64,000 bases of DNA from a virus (taxonomy: Duplodnaviria; Caudoviricetes), in IMG/VR virus record IMGVR_UViG_3300017788_000020, positions 565-64,564 of that record; one strand, 5' to 3'. Positions 49,625 to 59,655 of the stretch are shown one piece after another; the first letter of the stretch is position 1; each line of letters opens with the position of its first letter. The position numbers were made by a program, and so were the translations under genes. Below the pieces are notes generated by a model. It saw nothing but the letters and a program-made list of their open reading frames with translations. It did no database searches and was not told the DNA's origin.

Positions 49625-50002
49625 ATGGCAAACAACCGCATAACCAACGTCCTATCAAAGCAGGTGCTAGAGGGGATAAACTCCAGCATAGCTAGCCGAC
49701 CCGCGCTAGGCGCAGCAGCTGCGAAGTTCGTGGCGCGCGGTTTGGACGAACAGCTGCGCCGTAAACGCATCGTATTGCTTAACCTACATACGTCTCGTGA
49801 ATCAACCTTCTGGCAAATACTGCAAAACACTCCAGAACGTTTCCAGATCGTAAGCGAGAAAGAGTCTCACCAGCGAGGCGAATATGTAGTGCGTGTTATA
49901 TTTTACGAAATTGGCGAAGATTTGCCCATATATAAATCACAGGCTGCGCTTATCGCTGAATACACAGGTGCGCCACAAGAAACAGAGTTAGATGATGTCT
50001 AA
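49625..50002 (+). CDS. hypothetical protein
   Basis: Between portal and RNAP, overlapping the RNAP start. Confidence 0.6.
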   Translation: MANNRITNVLSKQVLEGINSSIASRPALGAAAAKFVARGLDEQLRRKRIVLLNLHTSRESTFWQILQNTPERFQIVSEKESHQRGEYVVRVIFYEIGEDLPIYKSQAALIAEYTGAPQETELDDV

Positions 50003-53000
50003 AGAGCTTCAACAACACATACAGTTGCTAGAAGAAGTTCGTCGTATTGTGGCGAACATGTTTCCGATAACTGCCCGCAACGGCGCCACGCTGACTGTAT
50101 CCAATCTTCGTTGGTCAGACGCAGGCCAGCATGTTATGGATAACATCACTGCCCAAAAGGAGGCTAAGTTGCGCGAGCGGTCCGTTGACAGTAAGCTGAC
50201 AGCGGATGTAGAACTAAAGGATGCGACAGGGACGATACTCGATAGCCGCAAAGGCTACTTCATACTGTCGATGCCGCACATCACGTCGCGTAATTCGTAT
50301 ATCGTTGACGGCAACGAAGTTCAGATAATCAATCAATTACGTCTTCGTCCAGGTGTTTACACGACCATAAAGGCCGGGGACACCGTGGAGGCGTATTTGA
50401 ACACGACCGCCGCCGGTACATACAAGTTACTGCTCGACAGGAAGACTGGTGTTATTCGCCTGAAGGTCGGTACAGATAAGAAAGTGCCTGTGTATTCTGT
50501 ATTACTTGCCCTGGGCGCATTACCGGGCGACTTACCAGACATATTCGGTGACCTGCTTGATGTGAATGAGAAAGCCGCGCGTATAGAGCCTGATACGCAA
50601 AAACTGTTGTTGGCTTTATGGCCTTACGCCAAAAATGGCTCTTTAATTGAGAACCAACTCGAGGCGCGTAAGTTCTTAGAATCTAAACCACTCGATCCGG
50701 CGGTCAACAAACTGACACTGGGTATTTCTGGTATTGACAAGATCGACAAGGCCGCGGTAGCCGCCGCCATACGCAGATGTATTTTTATATCGAAAGGTAT
50801 GGCAGACGAGGATGACATCGAGTCGCTCGCGTTCAAGTCGATTCACTCAATCGAGGATTTTATTCCAGAACGCCTGCGGCGCAAAGAAGCGGCAGTAAAG
50901 CGCATTGTCGCTTACCAGATGACACGCAAAGCGACTATACCGGCCGTACTACCATCGTCACTCTTTGATAACAATATCAAAGACTTTATGACAACATCTG
51001 AGTTTACCAGATTCTCAGACCAAAATAATCCGATTGATATGAACGCCGTCGCGTCAACCACCACGATCATGGGTGAGGGCGGTATACAAAGTACGCGTGC
51101 GGTCAGCGACGCCGTGCGCGCCGTACACGCCTCGCACTTCGGTGTGCTTGATCCGGTACATACCCCAGAAGGACCTAAGATCGGTATTACCGGACACCTT
51201 TCGCTGGGCGCGGAGAAAATTGGGAATACGCTTTTCCTCACAGTCTTTGATGCGCGCACAGGCGAGAAAAAGCGGATGTCCGTTGAAGCGCTTATGCCGT
51301 ATACGGTAGCTTTTGCTGACCAGTATACAAACATCGGTACCGGTACACCTAAGCTGAAGGATAAATACACGACAGTCAAGGCGCGTAAAAACACCAAACT
51401 GCTTGAGGTCAATCCTGCGGACGTGGATTACATATTCAACGATCCAGCAACCTTCTTCTCGTCGAGCACGTCCGTCATTCCGTTTGTTAACAGTAATAGC
51501 GCTAACCGCGTTCTGATGGGCGACAAACACATCGAACAGTCGGTGCAATTGGCTGATCCAGACAAGCCTTTGGTTTTACACAGACTGACTAAAGTCAACA
51601 AAGGCTATCTAGAGCTCTTAGGAGAGAACTTTCTTGTTAAAGCGCCTGTAGCCGGTACGGTGACGAAGATCACACCGGACACTGTTTTCATAAAAGAGGA
51701 CAAAGGTAAGACACACGCGGTAGCTATCCATAATAACTATCCGCTCAACTCTAAGACATTTTTGCACGATGAGCCTATTGTGACTGTAGGTGAGCAGGTC
51801 CGGGCCGGGCAAGCCTTGGTACGTAACAATTTCACCAAAGACAACACGCTCGCCCTCGGTAAAAACCTTCTCGTGGCTATGGTACCTTACAAAGGTTACA
51901 ACTTCGAGGACGGTACAGTCATCTCCTACAAAGCCGCACAAAAGCTCGCATCTGTGCACAAAAACGAGCACAGAGTGGAGAAAGAGGACGGCGTGGCTAT
52001 AGGGCTAGCGACGTACATTGCCCGATACCCACAAAATCTTGATAAGTTCCGCAAAGGCTTTAGAGATAACTACGACGAGAACGGTATTATAAAAAAAGGT
52101 ACGGTTGTTCACAAAGACGACATTCTTATACCTGCCGTAAAAGAAGTCACGCTAAGTAAAACTGAATTAGTTAATATACACAAAAAGCTGCTCTCGACCG
52201 CATATTCCGATATCTCGGAAACGTGGACAAAAGACGTTCCTGGCGAAGTTGTGGATGTCATCAATGAGCGGGGCTTTGTTAAAGTTGTTGTACGCAGCGT
52301 CGAGCCGGCCGTTGTAGGTGATAAGCTGTCCGCTTTTGCAGGAGCTAAAGGCATCATTACTAAGATTCTCGGACCTGACGAAGTCTATAAGGATGAGAAA
52401 GGTGCTGAGATTGATGTGTTGTTCAATTTCCTAGGTACCCTAGGTCGCGCCAATCCCGGCTTCATACTAGAAGCTGCTGCCGGTAAAGTCGCGCAAAAAA
52501 CAGGCAAGCCTTTCTATGTCGACAATTTCAACATGACGCACGAGAGCAATCTTGCGCATGTCCAAGAAGAACTCAAGAAGGCTGGAATAAGCGACGCCGA
52601 GACCATCACCAATCCGACAACCGGCCACAAGATGGAGAATGTGCTGGTCGGTCCGCTGCATACATTAAAGCTCAAGCACATGGTCGAGCATAAATTCTCG
52701 GCCCGCGGCGCAGTCGGTCTCCCGTATACGACGCTAGAGCAGCCTAAAAAAGAATCCGGCGAGAGTGCGCAACGTATTGCGCCCCTCGACATGTCGTCGC
52801 TGCTTTCTATGGGCGCTACAGCGTTTCTCAGCGACGCCTACGGCATCAAGTCGCAGAAAAACGATGATTACTGGTTAGCGCTACAGACTGGCCGCACGCT
52901 ACCTGCGCCGCAAACTCCTTACGTGGCAAATAAGTTTGTGACGATGATGCTTGGTGCAGGTATTAACCTAAACCAGACTGGCTCTAAACTAACCGCCACG

Positions 53001-56000
53001 CCTATGACTGATGAAGAGATTTTGCGTATCAGTCACGGGGAAATCAAAGAACCACACACGCTGAAATCGTCCTCTTTCCAACCCATGAAAGCGGGCTTGT
53101 TTGATGACGACTTGACGGGCGGTATAGGCGGTAATAAGTTCTCCCACATACGACTAGCAGAACCTATTATTAATCCGTTGATGGTGGAGGCCGTTGTGTC
53201 TGTGGGCGACTTTAACTCAGGTGTCGAGGTCGAACAGGTGCTCAACGGCACTAAATCAGTCACCGCAGACGGCCTAGTCGTCGACGGCGACGGCGGTGCG
53301 ACAGGTATCGAAGGTATCCGCACTGTCCTCAAAAAAGTGGATATAGCTAAGGCTATAGAAAAGACAGGTGACGCTGCCAAAAACGCCAAAGGCTCAGTAC
53401 TTAACAAACTTAACCGCCGCTTGCGTTACCTACGGGCACTCGAGTCGATGGGTATGCGACCAGAAAACGCGTACATAAATCAGCATGTTCCGGTTATTCC
53501 CCCGAAGTTCCGGCAGATCACGGAACGGACAGACGGGTCAGTATCTGTGGCGGACGTGAACCATCACTACAGAGATCTGTTAATCATCAACAATCAGCTA
53601 GAAGAGCTGAAGAATATCGGCGTAGACAAGAAACACACGGCTGCTCTATCTAGAGCATTGTATGACGGCGCTAGCGCGTTGGCTGGTTTAGGCGATTCCG
53701 TAACAAAAGGTAGAGAATACAAAGGCCTTTTGGAAGAGATAAACGGCGTTAAGGAATCTAAATACGGCTACTTCAAGAGTAAGCTACAGTCGCGTCCACA
53801 AGACCTGTCTGCGCGGTCGACTGTTATTCCAAACCCTAAATTGGATATGGACCACATTGGTATCCCTACCAATATGGCGCTCACCATCTACACACCTTTC
53901 GTCATAAAGCGCCTCGTACAAAACGGGTACGCGCCACTAGATGCACGCAAGATGGTAAGAGAGCAGTCTCACGAGGCAGTGAGAGCTTTGGAAGTAGAGA
54001 TGGAGGACCGGCCGGTACTTATGACCAGAGCGCCATCTCTACACAAATTCAACATGCTGAGCTTTAAGCCAACACTGATTAACGGCAAAGCGGTAGAGGT
54101 AAATCCCCTTATTGTAGGGGGCTATAACATGGACTTTAACGGCGATGCCGTCTGGCACTCATGCATATTTGCTCTAGAGGCTGAGAAAGCGGATGAATTC
54201 TATGATTTTGTGTTGACTAATAGCATGTTTAATGATAGATTGTGGACGAAAGAAGAATTGGCTTCTTTCTTACACAACACAAAAATGACAGCAAGATTTG
54301 ACGTGAAGCTTCCTTATATAGAAGGACACACAGTACACTGCATAGCGCTAGAAGATTTCCCGAGAGGGGAGCGTAGCCACTGTAGCATGGGTCAGTTTGG
54401 TATTATTGAGTGGTACCAAGCGCCGCCCGGTATTAAAGCTTTGGCGTACGATAACTTAAATCAAAAACTAGAGTGGCGACCTGTCACTTTCTACTCTGTT
54501 CACCACGGATGTGAGCGTGAGATCATTAACCTTGCATCAGGTCGTCAGATGTTCGCCGATGACGACCCTCGGGCGGTATTTGGTATTGAGAGAGGCACGT
54601 TAACCTTCACTAGAAACACTCCCTCTAATGCCGCTGAAAATCAGATGTTTGTTCCTCGTGTAGCTAATATGAACGTCACTAATTACGGAGATCAAACAGA
54701 GATACAAGTAGTGACCGATAAAACACGAAAAAATCCGTTACCTGAAACGCTTGCTTTAACAGCAGAACTAGGCTACTTAGTCGGTGTTATGGCCGGCGAC
54801 GGCTGGGTGTCTACTAATGACTCAATTAACATAGCAAGTATACGCCCAGCGATTCCTGCAAAATGTCAAGCAACTATAGAACAGTTGGCTGATAGAGTTG
54901 TCAAAGACACTGTCACAATATCTACTAAGTCCTTGGGAGAAAGTGTAAGACATACGTTTAGTGCTGCCGCTGTAGCAGATTTCTTAAAAGAGATGATCGG
55001 TTCTGGCGCTAAGAATAAGCACCTACCTGTGTGGTATTTGTCTGCCAACGAAGAATGCCGCAAAGGATTATTCGCCGGCTTGATGGACACTGATGGTTCT
55101 ATTTGCGTGGTGCAGGCTGTAGCTAAAGCGAAGCCTCAGCTACAGGCTAACTATACAAGCACAAGCTTCCGTTTAGCTCATGAAGTACTGCTGTTAGCTA
55201 AGAGTCTGGGTATTGACGGTCGTATCACACATTATAAGTCTTCTATGAAAGCGACCGATACGTGGGCAGCTTCTTTCTCCAATATGGACATCAAGCGTTG
55301 GGGCGGTAAGTACATGATGCATCCGGAGAAGCTTGAAAAACTCGCCTCTATAGAGGTAGATGAGACCTCGAACATTGCGGCACGGACTGACATAGTTCCC
55401 ATAAGCTTCGATTTAGCCAAGTATATTCAAAACAGCGTCAGTATGCCGAGGAACGCCCCGAAGGAGACGAAATCGTTGTATGTAACAATACAGAGGGCCG
55501 TCAAGCTCGGTAAACTTAGCCGCATGATAGCCAAGCGCGCAATATCTCTAATAACTGAAGAGACCTTACTTAAACATCCCGAAGGTGCGAAATGGTTACG
55601 TATTGTTGACGACACTTCAGTCAAATGGGACCAAGTCGCGTCTGTCGAGAAAACAGGCGTTTGCGAGACCGGATATGACCTGACAGTTCCGGGCTACGAA
55701 ACTTTCATGAACATAGAAGGGGTCATTCTTTCCAACACGGCAGGTATCCACGTACCGGTATCGGAAGAGGCTCGCCGTGAAGCGGTCGAGAAACTTATGC
55801 CGAGCCAGAACCTGATCTCTGTTCGTCACGAGTCCGCTATGCATACCCCCGGTAAAGAGACGGCACTCGGCATCTATTTGATGACAAATCCCAAAGGGGA
55901 GCCTACGGTTGTGCGCTCGCTGGACGATGCGGTCGCACAGCATGCACGGGGTAGTCTTAAAGTCAATGCGGCGATCCGTGTTGGCGATAAAGTGACGTGC

Positions 56001-58853
56001 GTAGGACAGAAACTGGTTGCAGACGTGTTCCCGGTATCTATGCGACCAGAGCTCATGGTCGTGGACGGCGACCTGCTTAACCAGTTGTGCTTGAAAGCCG
56101 CACGCACGTTACCTGCACGAGCCGCGGGCGAGATTATTAGCAGGCTGAAAGATCTTGGGAACCACTACGTCACAGAGATAGGCGCAGGCGTATCCTTGAA
56201 GGACCTGGAGTTCGACTACGAGAAACGGGATGCTGTACTGGATAAGTTACGCAAACGTGCCCCCATCGTAGGGTTCGACACCGCCGTGGAAGAGGCCGGT
56301 AGAGAGTTAGATGCGCTACTAGCGGCTGCGACTGATAACAGGTTTGTGGAAGCAGGCGTCACAAGTAAGGCCACAAGTAAGGGCGGTATGGTACGGCAGA
56401 TGATTGTCACACCCCTCGCTATTACGGACTCTAAAGGCGCGACAATTCCGCTTGTTGTCAATAAGTCGTACGCTGAGGGACAAGACCTGGGGTCGTACTT
56501 AGGGACCACGCCAGGCGCGCGACAAGGCCTTGTTGATAAAGGTATCTCTGTTGCTGATACTGGGTACTTAAGTAAGCTCCTAGTCAATGCTAACGCGACC
56601 AATAAGATCACAGTGGACGATTGCGGTACCGTAGACGGATTACTGTTGGATGTCGACGACAAGGAAGCACTTAATCGGTTCGGCGCTAAAGAACCTATAC
56701 GCAATGTAGTTATAACACCAGAAGTGGTTCGCAAACTTAAAGCCGCGGGCGAAAAACAAATACTTGCGCGATCGCCTCTTAAGTGTCGAGCACTCAGTGG
56801 TATGTGCGCAAAATGCGCCGGTGTGAACGAATATGGTGCGGCGTATAAGATTGGCGACAATGTCGGTATCACGGCCGCACAGGCTATTGGCGAACGTGCT
56901 ACGCAAGTAACACTTCAAAAGTTCCACTGCCTTGAGCGTACTACCATCTGCCTTGTGCGAAAAGGTGCTGAAATTTTCCACACAACACTTGGGCAACTAT
57001 TTGATGAGCATGAGACTCATCAAGAAGGTGATGAAGAGGTCGCCGAGGTTAGCGCCTATGAAGTGTGGGACCGCGGCGGCTGGACAAAAGTAAAGCGAGT
57101 ACTGCGTCACGCACAAGAGCCCGGAACAGAGATGGCCTTGATTAGATCTCGTACAGGACAGGCGGTTATTGCGCAGGATAACCACCCGCACATGTTATCA
57201 AAGGTCGCTGTTGCTTGTCCTACCTGCGCCACATGGCCTAAACGTATAAACGCGCGAGGTAGTCGTTACTACTGTCGTACATGTAAACACGGCTGGTCAG
57301 ATAAACCGGAAATGACTGTTGACTACAGCATGACGGCTAGTAGCGAGCTTGGTGACAAGACGCACGCGGCTTTGATTGACACGGGTCCGGTACCTACGCC
57401 GGCCACACCAATCATCCCCGATGGTTGGTTGGCTGGTATGTATATCGCCGAAGGCTCTCGCCTAGTCAGGGGCGGTTTGTACGAAGGCTTCTGTGTGTGT
57501 CAAAATGATGGTCCGATTAAAAGTCAGGTGTATGCGCGGCTAACTGACTGGCTACCTGACAGCAAAATCCAGCTATCTAAAACCGCTGTGCGTGTGTTGG
57601 AACCCGCGTTAGGTGAAAAGCTTACAAAGGTGCACGGTACCTATTGTCGAGATAAAGGGCTGCCTCCAGGTTGGAGCGGCTACCCATCCGTATGGTTGAG
57701 TCAGTTTGTAGCCGGTGTTATTGACGGCGATGGCACGCTTGTACGTAACCGTGACAGTCGCTGGACTACAGTACGCATAGACACCACTAGTTTCTTGTTA
57801 GCACAACAGCTTGTTCATATATTACGAACAGCCGACATCAAGGCGCGTGTTATAGTGTCGCCTTGGCGAAAACTAAGCTCGCATCAAGGATACGCGGTAC
57901 AGTTTGTGTATACAGAAAGAGCGCAGCAATTCTTAGGAAATGCCTGTACAAAATTAGTGGGTGTGGCTGCGAATCCTAAGAACAAAAAAGAAGATTATGG
58001 TCATGTCGTTGACTACGTAAAAATTGTACGCTATAGCGAGGCGCCTGCCGTATACGATATCGAAACAGAGACTGGAACCTACTTTGCTAATAGTTTCTGG
58101 ACACACAATACGGGGGGTGCTGTCGGCGGCAACGTCGTAGGTTTTGGACGTATTAAGCAACTGCTACATCTACCGCAGACAATGTCCGATAAGGCGGTTC
58201 TATCAGAGGAGACAGGTGTTGTACAAGCTATCGCACCGTCGCCGACGGGTGGCTGGCTTGTCACAGTTAATGGTGTCCGCCATTTCGTTGCACAGGAGTT
58301 AGGTCTAAAAATTAAGCAAGGCGACTCCGTTGTCGCGGGGCAGCAGATCAGTCTACGCGGCGTAGTGCAGCCTCATGAATTACTGGAGACGACCGGCGAC
58401 ATCGGGCTTGTACAGAATAAGATCGTCGACGATCTAAAGGGCGCGTACGGTAAGCAGAGAATTCACAGACGTATCTTTGAGACCGTAGTCAAGCCTATGA
58501 CAGACAAAGCCAGGGTTATTCACCCAGGCGACGCTGATAAGTTGTTTAACGTCTACGCTGGTGATACCTTACTCAGCAGCGTCATAGACGACTACAACAA
58601 GAAGCTTACGGCGAAAGGTCTGCGCCCCATTAAATCGGAAACAGCTTTGATGGGTATTGTGGCGATTCCGTTCCAGGACGAGGACTTTGTTGGTAGGTTG
58701 ACACACGAGCGTCTGAAAGACACGCTCAAGGGCGCGCCTGCGCTAAACCAGACGGTTGATATACAAGGCGACCACCCCGTGTCGCGGCTAGTCCTAAAGA
58801 ACTTTGGGCACGTAGACGACATAAAGAACGCGCCAAGAAGAAAATTATTCTAA
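49992..58853 (+). CDS. rpoBC: single-chain fused beta-beta' DNA-directed RNA polymerase with two inteins (~2029 aa if both splice)
   Basis: beta: HFGVLDPVHTPEG.KIG, GYNFEDG, GDKLS..GAKG, KLKHMVEHKFSAR; beta': HIRLAEP, VPVIPPKFR, RAPSLH, YNMDFNGD, TGYLSKLL, CGT..RSPLKC..CAKC, AQAIGERATQVTLQKFH/TGG. Confidence 0.95.
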   Translation: MMSKELQQHIQLLEEVRRIVANMFPITARNGATLTVSNLRWSDAGQHVMDNITAQKEAKLRERSVDSKLTADVELKDATGTILDSRKGYFILSMPHITSRNSYIVDGNEVQIINQLRLRPGVYTTIKAGDTVEAYLNTTAAGTYKLLLDRKTGVIRLKVGTDKKVPVYSVLLALGALPGDLPDIFGDLLDVNEKAARIEPDTQKLLLALWPYAKNGSLIENQLEARKFLESKPLDPAVNKLTLGISGIDKIDKAAVAAAIRRCIFISKGMADEDDIESLAFKSIHSIEDFIPERLRRKEAAVKRIVAYQMTRKATIPAVLPSSLFDNNIKDFMTTSEFTRFSDQNNPIDMNAVASTTTIMGEGGIQSTRAVSDAVRAVHASHFGVLDPVHTPEGPKIGITGHLSLGAEKIGNTLFLTVFDARTGEKKRMSVEALMPYTVAFADQYTNIGTGTPKLKDKYTTVKARKNTKLLEVNPADVDYIFNDPATFFSSSTSVIPFVNSNSANRVLMGDKHIEQSVQLADPDKPLVLHRLTKVNKGYLELLGENFLVKAPVAGTVTKITPDTVFIKEDKGKTHAVAIHNNYPLNSKTFLHDEPIVTVGEQVRAGQALVRNNFTKDNTLALGKNLLVAMVPYKGYNFEDGTVISYKAAQKLASVHKNEHRVEKEDGVAIGLATYIARYPQNLDKFRKGFRDNYDENGIIKKGTVVHKDDILIPAVKEVTLSKTELVNIHKKLLSTAYSDISETWTKDVPGEVVDVINERGFVKVVVRSVEPAVVGDKLSAFAGAKGIITKILGPDEVYKDEKGAEIDVLFNFLGTLGRANPGFILEAAAGKVAQKTGKPFYVDNFNMTHESNLAHVQEELKKAGISDAETITNPTTGHKMENVLVGPLHTLKLKHMVEHKFSARGAVGLPYTTLEQPKKESGESAQRIAPLDMSSLLSMGATAFLSDAYGIKSQKNDDYWLALQTGRTLPAPQTPYVANKFVTMMLGAGINLNQTGSKLTATPMTDEEILRISHGEIKEPHTLKSSSFQPMKAGLFDDDLTGGIGGNKFSHIRLAEPIINPLMVEAVVSVGDFNSGVEVEQVLNGTKSVTADGLVVDGDGGATGIEGIRTVLKKVDIAKAIEKTGDAAKNAKGSVLNKLNRRLRYLRALESMGMRPENAYINQHVPVIPPKFRQITERTDGSVSVADVNHHYRDLLIINNQLEELKNIGVDKKHTAALSRALYDGASALAGLGDSVTKGREYKGLLEEINGVKESKYGYFKSKLQSRPQDLSARSTVIPNPKLDMDHIGIPTNMALTIYTPFVIKRLVQNGYAPLDARKMVREQSHEAVRALEVEMEDRPVLMTRAPSLHKFNMLSFKPTLINGKAVEVNPLIVGGYNMDFNGDAVWHSCIFALEAEKADEFYDFVLTNSMFNDRLWTKEELASFLHNTKMTARFDVKLPYIEGHTVHCIALEDFPRGERSHCSMGQFGIIEWYQAPPGIKALAYDNLNQKLEWRPVTFYSVHHGCEREIINLASGRQMFADDDPRAVFGIERGTLTFTRNTPSNAAENQMFVPRVANMNVTNYGDQTEIQVVTDKTRKNPLPETLALTAELGYLVGVMAGDGWVSTNDSINIASIRPAIPAKCQATIEQLADRVVKDTVTISTKSLGESVRHTFSAAAVADFLKEMIGSGAKNKHLPVWYLSANEECRKGLFAGLMDTDGSICVVQAVAKAKPQLQANYTSTSFRLAHEVLLLAKSLGIDGRITHYKSSMKATDTWAASFSNMDIKRWGGKYMMHPEKLEKLASIEVDETSNIAARTDIVPISFDLAKYIQNSVSMPRNAPKETKSLYVTIQRAVKLGKLSRMIAKRAISLITEETLLKHPEGAKWLRIVDDTSVKWDQVASVEKTGVCETGYDLTVPGYETFMNIEGVILSNTAGIHVPVSEEARREAVEKLMPSQNLISVRHESAMHTPGKETALGIYLMTNPKGEPTVVRSLDDAVAQHARGSLKVNAAIRVGDKVTCVGQKLVADVFPVSMRPELMVVDGDLLNQLCLKAARTLPARAAGEIISRLKDLGNHYVTEIGAGVSLKDLEFDYEKRDAVLDKLRKRAPIVGFDTAVEEAGRELDALLAAATDNRFVEAGVTSKATSKGGMVRQMIVTPLAITDSKGATIPLVVNKSYAEGQDLGSYLGTTPGARQGLVDKGISVADTGYLSKLLVNANATNKITVDDCGTVDGLLLDVDDKEALNRFGAKEPIRNVVITPEVVRKLKAAGEKQILARSPLKCRALSGMCAKCAGVNEYGAAYKIGDNVGITAAQAIGERATQVTLQKFHCLERTTICLVRKGAEIFHTTLGQLFDEHETHQEGDEEVAEVSAYEVWDRGGWTKVKRVLRHAQEPGTEMALIRSRTGQAVIAQDNHPHMLSKVAVACPTCATWPKRINARGSRYYCRTCKHGWSDKPEMTVDYSMTASSELGDKTHAALIDTGPVPTPATPIIPDGWLAGMYIAEGSRLVRGGLYEGFCVCQNDGPIKSQVYARLTDWLPDSKIQLSKTAVRVLEPALGEKLTKVHGTYCRDKGLPPGWSGYPSVWLSQFVAGVIDGDGTLVRNRDSRWTTVRIDTTSFLLAQQLVHILRTADIKARVIVSPWRKLSSHQGYAVQFVYTERAQQFLGNACTKLVGVAANPKNKKEDYGHVVDYVKIVRYSEAPAVYDIETETGTYFANSFWTHNTGGAVGGNVVGFGRIKQLLHLPQTMSDKAVLSEETGVVQAIAPSPTGGWLVTVNGVRHFVAQELGLKIKQGDSVVAGQQISLRGVVQPHELLETTGDIGLVQNKIVDDLKGAYGKQRIHRRIFETVVKPMTDKARVIHPGDADKLFNVYAGDTLLSSVIDDYNKKLTAKGLRPIKSETALMGIVAIPFQDEDFVGRLTHERLKDTLKGAPALNQTVDIQGDHPVSRLVLKNFGHVDDIKNAPRRKLF
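54147..55736 (+). mobile_element. atypical intein 1 (530 aa) with LAGLIDADG homing endonuclease
   Basis: Interrupts DFNGD|TAGIHVP (equivalent to DFDGD-QMAVHVP); LVGVMAGDG and FAGLMDTDG motifs; block F/G KWDQVASVE..GYDLTVPGYETFMNIEGVILSN; first residue Ala. Confidence 0.85.
56928..58109 (+). mobile_element. canonical intein 2 (394 aa) with Zn ribbon and LAGLIDADG endonuclease
   Basis: KFH|CLERTT...QDNHPH...LAGMYIAEG...VAGVIDGDG...VYDIETETGTYFANSFWTHN|TGG. Confidence 0.92.
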
Positions 58854-58885
58854 AAACAAAGCCGCACGCGCGGCTTTGTTTTTTT
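58852..58885. terminator. bidirectional intrinsic terminator
   Basis: aaaaacaaagccgc-acgc-gcggctttgttttt. Confidence 0.85.
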
Positions 58886-58895
58886 GTAATACGCA

Positions 58896-59348
58896 TCATA
58901 TTGCGTCATCGCCGCGCGCACCAGAAGACCTATGATGCGCATTTGTTGGTTTTTTTACATTGTTGGCGAGCACGTTGCGGTACTTTCTTGACCTGTAATA
59001 GAGCGTAGTAAGCTCTTTCGTGAGCTTGTAGATGAGCGCTCTACGCAGGTATAACTCCACAGTTGGCGCACTCTCGTCATCCAAAACCCGCCAAAGCTGG
59101 GTCAGCAACGACGGTCGCTGTTCTACCGGCGCTGTGCGCCAATTTTTGGCGATATCGAGAGCCGGCGGTGGGACAACTAGCTTATCGGTTAAATATATCG
59201 GAGCGGCGAGGCGCTTCTGTGCCTCCTCGAGAGGCTCAGCTGCGTTTAGGTATGCGACTATACGGTCCGCGCTCAATGTCACATAGGGGAACAGCTCTGT
59301 ACTTATGGTACGGTCGATACCATCGGCGTCAAGTTGGTCGTTTGTCAT
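58896..59348 (-). CDS. hypothetical protein
   Basis: ORF at end of - operon; start uncertain (59348 or 59426). Confidence 0.5.
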   Translation of the reverse strand: MTNDQLDADGIDRTISTELFPYVTLSADRIVAYLNAAEPLEEAQKRLAAPIYLTDKLVVPPPALDIAKNWRTAPVEQRPSLLTQLWRVLDDESAPTVELYLRRALIYKLTKELTTLYYRSRKYRNVLANNVKKPTNAHHRSSGARGDDAI

Positions 59349-59655
59349 AGGGTGGCTGATTGTGCTTGCGCGCGCATTCTTCTGGGGTAGTTTGGCGCTT
59401 TTCCCAGTCGTTGTATGCTGTTTCATATACTTTGCACACGCGAGGCTCGCCTGCGGCTTCTGCTAGCAAATCGATCAAAAAGAACTCATCATCCAGGGTA
59501 CATCGTTCGAGCATTGAGCGCTGCGCGTACCTTGCGTCAGCCTCTTCCACCGTAGCATGGTAGCTCAACAGAGTCTCCCCTTGGTACTCTGTAGAAAATA
59601 CGGACACGAGTTTATATCGACACGGAAGAGTTTTAGTTGCTTGTGTCATGATCAA
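59329..59655 (-). CDS. hypothetical protein
   Basis: Overlapping operon gene. Confidence 0.55.
   Translation of the reverse strand: MIMTQATKTLPCRYKLVSVFSTEYQGETLLSYHATVEEADARYAQRSMLERCTLDDEFFLIDLLAEAAGEPRVCKVYETAYNDWEKRQTTPEECARKHNQPPYDKRPT

Noticed and set aside
54147-55736. Class 2 or class 3 assignment for intein 1
   Set aside because: +1 residue is Thr rather than Cys, and block F has Asp (YDLTV) rather than the class 3 Cys
2146-58822. Many short - strand ORFs inside structural genes and the RNAP
   Set aside because: Shadow frames of T/A/G-rich coding sequence
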